The notes below the pieces were generated by a model that did no database searches, was not told the origin of the DNA, and saw only the letters and a program-made list of their open reading frames with translations. Source: Parcubacteria group bacterium (GTDB lineage: Bacteria > Patescibacteriota > Minisyncoccia > UBA10092). Taken from it: 64,000 bases of DNA. Both the position numbers and the translations under genes were made by a program. The stretch is taken from positions 1,877 through 65,876 of the forward strand of contig JACPHB010000006.1 of the NCBI GenBank assembly GCA_016188835.1, given 5' to 3'. This document shows, one piece after another, positions 57,004 through 64,000 of this stretch. Position 1 is the stretch's first letter; every line of letters starts with the position of its first letter.

Positions 57004-57791
57004 CATTATTCGATTCTCACTGCCATCTTCACTTTCGTCAGTTTGACAACGACCGCGAAGAAATTATAAAAAAACTTCGTGATTTTAATATTAAGATTAT
57101 AAATGTTGGAACTGATTTTAAAGAATCTGAAAAAGCTGTAGCGCTCGCTAAACAATACCCAGATTTAATGTGGGCATCGGTCGGGTTGCATCCAAATGAT
57201 AATTTGGAAGAAAATTTTGATATTAACAAATACAGAGAACTGGCAAAACTCCAAAATGTTGTCGCTATAGGTGAGTGCGGGCTGGATTATTTTCGTTCGC
57301 CAAGCGAAACAGAAATTAAAAGGCAAAAAGAGATTTTTGTTAAACAAATTGGATTGGCGAAAGAATTAAAAAAGCCATTGATTTTACACTGCAGGCCTCC
57401 TAAAGGAAGCCAAGATGCCTATGAAGACGCGATTGAGATTTTGAAATATGAAAATTTTAATATTTCAACCGGCAATGGAGTAGCTCATTTTTTTTCCGAT
57501 TTAAAGGAAACGGCCAAAAAATTTTTGGAATTAGGATTTTATATTTCTTTTGCCGGGCCAATAACGTTTGCGCCAGAATATAAAGAAATTGTGGAATTCG
57601 TCCCAATGAATAGGATTTTAATTGAAACCGACGCGCCGTTCGCGGCGCCGGCGCCCCATAGGGGCAGACGCAACGAACCGGCTTATGTTGAATTTGTGGC
57701 GCACAAAATCGCCGAATGGAAAAGATTAAGTATTGAAGAGGTGGCGGAACAAACTACAAAAAACACTTTGCGACTTTTTCAAATAAAATAA
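57000..57791 (+). CDS. tatD: TatD family DNase
   Basis: DSHCH, GLHP, IGECGLDY, ETDAP. Confidence 0.93.
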   Translation: MTLFDSHCHLHFRQFDNDREEIIKKLRDFNIKIINVGTDFKESEKAVALAKQYPDLMWASVGLHPNDNLEENFDINKYRELAKLQNVVAIGECGLDYFRSPSETEIKRQKEIFVKQIGLAKELKKPLILHCRPPKGSQDAYEDAIEILKYENFNISTGNGVAHFFSDLKETAKKFLELGFYISFAGPITFAPEYKEIVEFVPMNRILIETDAPFAAPAPHRGRRNEPAYVEFVAHKIAEWKRLSIEEVAEQTTKNTLRLFQIK

Positions 57792-57883
57792 ATTACGTAT
57801 TTAAAATCGATCACTTTTTTATACGTAATTCAAATACTGATTAATTATTGCCTTGAGCAATTTTTTTAGTTAAACTGAACAAT

Positions 57884-60373
57884 ATGTACGATGCTAAAAA
57901 AATAGAATCCAAATGGCAGAAAATCTGGGAAAAGGCGAAACTTTATAAGACGAAAGACAAAGTTGCTGGCAAAAAGAATTTTTATCATCTTGTAATGTTT
58001 CCATATCCGTCGGGCGATCTTCATATCGGGCACTGGTATAATTTCGCGCCCGCCGATGTTTACGCGCGTCTTAAGAGAATGCAAGGGTTTAACGTTTTAA
58101 GTCCAATCGGATTTGATGCTTTTGGCTTGCCGGCGGAAAATGCCGCTATAAAAAATAAAATTCATCCGAAAATTTGGACCTATAAAAATATCGATAAAAT
58201 GAGGCATCAGCTTAAGTCAATGGGCAATGTCTACGACTTTTCGCGCGAGGTAATTACTGCTGACTCGGAATACTACAAATGGACTCAATGGATGTTTTTA
58301 AAAATGTATGAAGCTGGCCTGGCTTATCGCAAGAAAGCTTTAGCTAATTGGTGCCCGAAAGATCAGGCGATTTTAGCCAACGAGCAGGTTATTGATGGCA
58401 AATGCTGGCGACATCCCGATACTCTGGTGATTCAAAAAGAAATTGAGCAATGGATGTTTAAAATTACCGATTACGCTGAAGATCTTATTGATGGTTTGGA
58501 GAAATTAAACTGGCCGGAACGCACGAAACTAATGCAAAAAAACTGGATAGGGAAATCTGTCGGCGCTATTGTTCAATTCAAAATACCAAATACTAAATAC
58601 CAAATACCGGTTTTCACTACTAGACCGGACACGCTTTTTGGTGCTACCTACTTAGTGCTTTCTCCGGAACATCCGCTTGTTGAAACAGTAATCGCAAAAG
58701 AACAAAAAGAAAAGGTTCGTCACTATATTACCAATGCACATTTAAAATCCGAACTTGAAAGAACTGTTTTGGAAAAAGAAAAAACCGGAATTTTCACTGG
58801 AGCTTTTGCTGTTAACCCCGTGAATGGAGAAAAAATTCCTATTTGGATTTCCGATTATGTTTTAATAAACTATGGCACGGGCGCCATTATGGCTGTGCCA
58901 GCGCACGATGAACGCGATTTTGAATTCGCTAAAAAATTCAATCTTTCAATAATTAAAGTGATTAATCCCGGCTGCGATTGGCCGGAAGACAAGCCCTACA
59001 CCGAAGGCGGGTTGATGGTTAATTCCGGAGAGTTTACCGGTCTTAATTCGGTTGATGGAAGAAAAAAAATTATCGAATGGCTAAAAATAAAAAGACTCGG
59101 CGATTTTTCTATTCAATATAAAATGCGCGACTGGATTATTTCCCGCCAAAGGTATTGGGGCGCGCCAATCCCGATAGTTTACTGTAAAAAATGCGGCATA
59201 ATACCTGTTTCAGAAAGCAAATTGCCGATTAAATTACCGCCACTTAAAAATTTTAAGCCTGTAGCTGGAGGGAAATCGCCGTTAGCTAGTGCAAAGTCAT
59301 TTATTAATGCCAAGTGTCCTAAGTGCAAAGGAAGAGCGGCGCGGGAAACCGACACGATGGACACGTTTGTTGATTCTTCGTGGTACTTTTTGCGCTACGC
59401 CGATCTGAAAAACAAAAAACAATTTGCTTCAAAAGACAAATTAAAGGCCTGGCTGCCGGTTGATATGTACGTCGGAGGCGCCGAGCATGCGGTTTTACAC
59501 CTCCTTTATTCAAGATTTTTTGTTAAAGCGTTAAAAAGCATGGGACACTTGGAATTTACTGAACCTTTTACGGCTTTGCGCCATCAGGGAATTATTTTAG
59601 GAAGCGACGGGCAGAAAATGAGTAAGTCCCGCGGTAATATCGTTGACCCGGACGAATTGGTTAAAAAATACGGCGCCGATACGATTAGAATGTATCTTTG
59701 TTTTATGGGCGAATACAGCCAGGGCGGACCGTGGAATTCCAAGGGAATTCTGGGAATTAAAAGATTTTTGGATAGAATCTATGCTAAATTTTTCTCCCTT
59801 CAGGAGATGTCCTACCCGCTTCGCCGAAGCTCCAGCGCGGCGAGCAGGGACACAATTTTGAAGTCCGAAGAAAAATTACAAAGATTATTGCACCAGACCA
59901 TTAAGAAAGTGGGGGATGATATTGAAAACCTTCGCTTTAACACAGCTATCAGCGCGCTGATGATTCTTTTTAACAGTATTGAAAAAGAAAATTTTTCAAA
60001 AGACGAAGCAAAAATATTTCTTAAACTCTTATCACCATTTGCGCCGCATCTTACTGAAGAACTATGGCAAAGAATAGGCAATAACCCCGACGCTATTAAA
60101 GGTCGGGGCTACGACCAAGAGCGTCGGAGGAAATCCATTCATATAGAAACATGGCCGGAATACAATGCCAAGTTCATAGAAGAGGAAGAGTATGAACTTG
60201 TTATCCAAATCAATGGCAAAATGCGCGACAAAATAAAGATTTCAAAAAAGTTAGAGCGACCGGAAGTAGAAAAACTAATTTTAGAACGAGAAATAGTTAA
60301 AAAATATCTCGATGGTAAATTTCCACAGAAAATAATTTTTATTCCTAACAGGTTAATAAACCTAGTGGTTTAA
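57884..60373 (+). CDS. leuS: leucine-tRNA ligase
   Basis: [35 protein letters not shown]. Confidence 0.96.
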   Translation: MYDAKKIESKWQKIWEKAKLYKTKDKVAGKKNFYHLVMFPYPSGDLHIGHWYNFAPADVYARLKRMQGFNVLSPIGFDAFGLPAENAAIKNKIHPKIWTYKNIDKMRHQLKSMGNVYDFSREVITADSEYYKWTQWMFLKMYEAGLAYRKKALANWCPKDQAILANEQVIDGKCWRHPDTLVIQKEIEQWMFKITDYAEDLIDGLEKLNWPERTKLMQKNWIGKSVGAIVQFKIPNTKYQIPVFTTRPDTLFGATYLVLSPEHPLVETVIAKEQKEKVRHYITNAHLKSELERTVLEKEKTGIFTGAFAVNPVNGEKIPIWISDYVLINYGTGAIMAVPAHDERDFEFAKKFNLSIIKVINPGCDWPEDKPYTEGGLMVNSGEFTGLNSVDGRKKIIEWLKIKRLGDFSIQYKMRDWIISRQRYWGAPIPIVYCKKCGIIPVSESKLPIKLPPLKNFKPVAGGKSPLASAKSFINAKCPKCKGRAARETDTMDTFVDSSWYFLRYADLKNKKQFASKDKLKAWLPVDMYVGGAEHAVLHLLYSRFFVKALKSMGHLEFTEPFTALRHQGIILGSDGQKMSKSRGNIVDPDELVKKYGADTIRMYLCFMGEYSQGGPWNSKGILGIKRFLDRIYAKFFSLQEMSYPLRRSSSAASRDTILKSEEKLQRLLHQTIKKVGDDIENLRFNTAISALMILFNSIEKENFSKDEAKIFLKLLSPFAPHLTEELWQRIGNNPDAIKGRGYDQERRRKSIHIETWPEYNAKFIEEEEYELVIQINGKMRDKIKISKKLERPEVEKLILEREIVKKYLDGKFPQKIIFIPNRLINLVV

Positions 60374-60412
60374 AGTTAGTATTCATTATTAATATTTAAC
60401 ATATCTTTAATG

Positions 60413-60444
60413 TATAATAAATTAGCTATAGCATAATTATTATA
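60413..60444. repeat. 32-bp imperfect palindrome, direct-repeat copy 1
   Basis: tataataaattagctatagcataattattata, identical to 61033-61064. Confidence 0.9.
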
Positions 60445-60448
60445 TAAT

Positions 60449-61003
60449 ATGAGGACAAGTAATAAAATTAGCAAAGATTTATTAAAGTATCTCGCAATGG
60501 GAGGCCTTGTTACTTTTGCTATGTTGTCGCCAGTTGGCGGTCCAAAAATTATTAAAGCACTATTTAAACAATTAAAATACAAAATTAAACAAATAAGAAG
60601 TAGTGCTTATTACCTTAAGAAAAGGGGATTAGTTCAATTCGTTAAAGAAGATAAAAATAATGTTACGATAAAAATCACCAGTAAAGGTGAAAAATATTTC
60701 AGAACTTTTGATATTGATAATATGCTATTAAACAGACCGGCCCAATGGGACGGCAGATGGCGTTTAGTGATTTTTGATATTCCGGAAAAATATAAAAAGG
60801 CAAGAGAGGCGCTGCGGCGTAAACTTAAAGATTTAGATTTTGTTAGATTACAGGATAGCGTTTGGGTTACTCCATACCCCTGCGATGATGAAATACGATT
60901 TTTAAGGGAAATTTTTTTTATTTCATTTAATGTTGATGTCATTGAAACAGATGATTTAAAACATCACGAAATAAAACTTAAAAAATATTTTAATATTATT
61001 TAA
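60449..61003 (+). CDS. PaaX-like protein (wHTH + Cas2-like central domain)
   Basis: L..RGLV...ITSKG wing, WDGRWRLVIFDIPE...R..LR..L....F..LQDSVW. Confidence 0.85.
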   Translation: MRTSNKISKDLLKYLAMGGLVTFAMLSPVGGPKIIKALFKQLKYKIKQIRSSAYYLKKRGLVQFVKEDKNNVTIKITSKGEKYFRTFDIDNMLLNRPAQWDGRWRLVIFDIPEKYKKAREALRRKLKDLDFVRLQDSVWVTPYPCDDEIRFLREIFFISFNVDVIETDDLKHHEIKLKKYFNII

Positions 61004-61032
61004 AAATCCAGTATTTGAGGTTTTAAAATTTC

Positions 61033-61064
61033 TATAATAAATTAGCTATAGCATAATTATTATA
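61033..61064. repeat. 32-bp imperfect palindrome, direct-repeat copy 2
   Basis: identical to 60413-60444. Confidence 0.9.
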
Positions 61065-61153
61065 CATTGTGTTAATTTATTAATATAAAAATGTAATATC
61101 ATTGATAGATGGTGTTACTATCTTAATTATAATAATGTTTAAATATTAGAAAT

Positions 61154-63010
61154 ATGTGCGGGATTATAGGATACATAGGCAAACACAAAGCGACACCTAT
61201 TTTAGTAAATGGGTTAAAACGGTTGGAATACCGCGGTTATGATTCAAGCGGAATTGCCATTTTTAACGACGGTAAAATTTATTTGGCAAAGGCCAAAGGC
61301 AGAATTATCGAATTAGAAAAGAAAACTCCATCAAACTGGGATGGAAACATCGGCATTGCTCATACGCGATGGGCGACTCATGGCGAACCAAACGAGCAAA
61401 ATGCTCATCCTCAAGTTGATTGTTCTGGAAAGATTTTTGTTTGCCACAATGGCATTATTGAAAATTATAAAGAATTAAAAGAAGAACTTATTAAAAACGG
61501 ACATAAGTTTAAATCGGACACAGACACCGAAGTTTTGTCGCATCTTATAGAGAAAAATATGCGATATGGTCCGGAATTGGCAATTGCAAAATCATTAAAA
61601 TTAGTAAAGGGAACATATGGCATTGTTGTTCTTTTCGCCAATTATCCCGATAGAATAATTGCTGCGAGAAATAGCAGCCCCTTGGTTATTGGCATAGGCA
61701 ATGGCGAGCGCCTAATAGCTTCTGACGCTTCAGCAATTTTAAACCGGACACGAAATGTAATTTATATGAATGATGGGGAAATGGTGGTTATCAGAAAAGA
61801 CAACATTAAACTCTTTGGTTTTAATAAAAATCAAGACCCCTCAGCATTTCAGGGTTTAAATATTTCAAAAAGAAAAGAAAAAGTAGAATGGACTATTGAT
61901 AGCGCGCAAAAAAATGGCTATCCGCACTTTATGCTTAAAGAAGTTTTTGAACAGCCAGAATCGTTAACAAATAGTTTGCGCGGGCGAATTATTAAAAATA
62001 ATGGTTTTGCTAAATTAGGCGGTCTCGAAGAAATAAAAAACCGACTTAAAAAAATTGATCGCATTATTATATCAGGTTGCGGTACGGCTTATCTTGCCGG
62101 AGCTATTGGAAAATTAATGATTGAAGAGTTAAGTGGTCTTCCTTGTGAGGTAGAATTGGCTTCCGAATTGCGTTATCGTAATTTACCGGCGAGCAGACAA
62201 AATTTAGCCATGGTAGCCATTTCTCAGTCAGGGGAAACAGCTGATACATTAGCTGCTCTACGGCGTTTTAAAGAAAAAAACATCTTAACGCTCGGAATAG
62301 TAAATGTTGTCGGCTCAACTATCTCGCGAGAAACCGATGCGGGCATTTACAATCATGCCGGACCGGAAATAGGGGTGGCTTCAACCAAAGCCTTTACTTC
62401 ACAACTCGCAGTTTTAGCGCTTTTAGCGTTATTTTTGGGGCGGCAACGGAATCTTTTAAAACTTGATGGTAAAAAAATTGCTGAAGAATTAGCACTACTT
62501 CCGCAGCTTTGTCATCATGTATTAATACATAGTAACAAAATGGCAAAAGCAATAGCGGAAAAATATAAAAATTTTAATAATTTTTTATATATGGGGAGAA
62601 AATATAATTTTCCAACAGCTTTTGAAGGTGCGCTTAAACTAAAAGAAATTTCTTATGCTCATGCAGAAGGATGCGGAGCCGGAGAAATGAAACACGGACC
62701 GATCGCCATGATTGATGAAAATTTCCCGACCATAGCTATTGCTCCGTTGGATAGTGTATATGATAAGATGGCTTCCAACATGGAAGAGATAAAATCAAGA
62801 CATGGAAAAATTATTGCTATAACAACAGAGGGGAACAAAAAAATTAAGCATATCGCGGATGATTGGCTTTACATACCTAAAACTTTAGAAATGTTAACGC
62901 CAATTCTTGCAGTTATCCCATTGCAGTTATTTGCTTATTACATGGGAGTTTCCAGAGGTTTAGATGTAGATAAGCCGCGTAATTTAGCAAAAAGTGTCAC
63001 TGTAGAGTGA
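61154..63010 (+). CDS. glmS: glutamine-fructose-6-phosphate transaminase
   Basis: MCGIIG, LEYRGYDS, HTRWATHG, SQSGETADT, PRNLAKSVTVE. Confidence 0.98.
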   Translation: MCGIIGYIGKHKATPILVNGLKRLEYRGYDSSGIAIFNDGKIYLAKAKGRIIELEKKTPSNWDGNIGIAHTRWATHGEPNEQNAHPQVDCSGKIFVCHNGIIENYKELKEELIKNGHKFKSDTDTEVLSHLIEKNMRYGPELAIAKSLKLVKGTYGIVVLFANYPDRIIAARNSSPLVIGIGNGERLIASDASAILNRTRNVIYMNDGEMVVIRKDNIKLFGFNKNQDPSAFQGLNISKRKEKVEWTIDSAQKNGYPHFMLKEVFEQPESLTNSLRGRIIKNNGFAKLGGLEEIKNRLKKIDRIIISGCGTAYLAGAIGKLMIEELSGLPCEVELASELRYRNLPASRQNLAMVAISQSGETADTLAALRRFKEKNILTLGIVNVVGSTISRETDAGIYNHAGPEIGVASTKAFTSQLAVLALLALFLGRQRNLLKLDGKKIAEELALLPQLCHHVLIHSNKMAKAIAEKYKNFNNFLYMGRKYNFPTAFEGALKLKEISYAHAEGCGAGEMKHGPIAMIDENFPTIAIAPLDSVYDKMASNMEEIKSRHGKIIAITTEGNKKIKHIADDWLYIPKTLEMLTPILAVIPLQLFAYYMGVSRGLDVDKPRNLAKSVTVE

Positions 63011-63378
63011 TTATCATCATCTAATAACGAATATATTATGAATAATCGAATGAAATTGTAAACGAATAACGAATAACGGACAAATATAAAAAAGATAAAA
63101 TTCAAAATTCGCTAATTTGCAACAAGATTCGATATTCGTTGATGAAAATACCCTATATCGGGTATTTTTTAGCCCAATAAAGGCATATAAACGACTCGGT
63201 TTTTAAGTGCAATTATTGACGAATCTCGATTTTTAGTTAAAAATCGAGATTTTTCTTTATGTTTAGCCAAAATACGCAGGTTGATTTGCTATAATTTAAC
63301 TATGATTGGATACCAGATCAAATGATCTGAAATACGATATAAAAAATAATTTAATTCTATATTGAAATATTTTTTAAA

Positions 63379-64000
63379 ATGCAGAGTGAAATAAAAAACA
63401 CGAACGATAAAAATTTTTCCCTCTTCGAAGGATCTCCCGAAGGGAGACAATACATTCCACTTTCCGAAGCCGGGAAGATTTTGAATACCTCGCGCGACTA
63501 TATGAATGTTTTGGTTCGCAGAGGAAAATTGCGCGCTGTTAAACTTGGCCGCAACTGGGTAACAACTAAAGAATGGGTAGCTGAATATCGCACGAAAGGC
63601 ACACCTGTTTTTGCTAGTGATATGGAGGGCAAGCAAGATTTCAAAAAAGAAGAAGAAAAAGAATTTAAAAATCTTAAGAGTAATTTGATTTTAGAGCGAG
63701 AAAAAGCTTTAGAGATTAAAGCATTAATTCCGGAAATTGCGCTTTCTTCCCGCGAATTGAAAGCTCAGGAAAAAAATCAAATTCTTGAAGCGGTTAAAAA
63801 GCAGTTTAAGATTATTGATGTTTCAGAGTTTCAAAAAGCCAGCAGGCACCTCGGTGTTTTGAAAAGTTTGCGCTGGTGGTCTGGAGGCAAATTTATTGCC
63901 GCTTCGGCAGTTGCGGTATTTCTTCTCGCAATTTTTCTTAATTTAGCAATCGGAGGTTTTGATGTTTCCAAAAGTTTCAAAGTTTCAAAGTTTCAAAGTT
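63379..64000 (+). CDS. partial ORF: N-terminal HTH (excisionase-like) + TM, runs off window end
   Basis: manual translation MQSEIK...YIPLSEAGKILNTSRDYMNVLVRRGKLRAVKLGRNWVTTKEW, similar to 34593..35162. Confidence 0.75.
   Translation, partial: MQSEIKNTNDKNFSLFEGSPEGRQYIPLSEAGKILNTSRDYMNVLVRRGKLRAVKLGRNWVTTKEWVAEYRTKGTPVFASDMEGKQDFKKEEEKEFKNLKSNLILEREKALEIKALIPEIALSSRELKAQEKNQILEAVKKQFKIIDVSEFQKASRHLGVLKSLRWWSGGKFIAASAVAVFLLAIFLNLAIGGFDVSKSFKVSKFQS

Noticed and set aside
60413-61064. CRISPR array or cas2 locus
   Set aside because: Only two repeats, separated by a whole gene; no spacers and no cas1 or other cas genes. The protein has a PaaX-like wHTH.
61004-61153. glmS ribozyme upstream of glmS
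   Set aside because: The region is short and very AT-rich, with no recognisable conserved ribozyme core.
1-64000. Alternative genetic code (UGA=Gly) as in Gracilibacteria
   Set aside because: Conserved genes are full length under code 11, and several end at TGA (for example glmS and metG).

Overview
Compact, AT-rich bacterial chromosome segment. The gene content (short PrmC, one contiguous type IV pilus cluster, ComF, IleRS with an inserted His-phosphatase domain, alpha2-type GlyRS, PaaX/Cas2-like wHTH protein, few Shine-Dalgarno sites) suggests Patescibacteria/CPR (Parcubacteria-like); this assignment is an inference. Layout: (1) 1-2.1 kb, small stand-alone secreted/membrane genes next to a tRNA-Ser start. 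(2) 2.1-20.4 kb, an accessory tailoring locus: NTF2-like protein, methyltransferases, SDR, acyl-CoA ligase, DegT aminotransferase, GT2s, epimerase, then YcaO, an unusual PrmC-SagB fusion, a membrane protein with a CGCSCAC motif, TPR proteins, HicBA and an FN3-type surface protein. (3) comF, a Clp ATPase and pilMNO-pilB-pilT-pilC-pilins-pilD. (4) Housekeeping genes: tRNA-Arg, polX, rplT-rpmI-infC, ssrA-smpB, argS, ileS, recO, glyQS, metG, tatD, leuS, glmS. The strongest sequence-level signal is a set of many families of tiny palindromic and 7-mer-repeat elements inserted in frame into essential proteins and into tmRNA, some nested with short direct repeats. There are also larger hairpin elements whose conserved GC-rich core is flanked by locus-specific inverted arms at gene 3' ends, and a PaaX/Cas2-like gene bracketed by an exact 32-bp palindromic direct repeat. 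No CRISPR array or rRNA was seen. All calls were made by eye without database searches.
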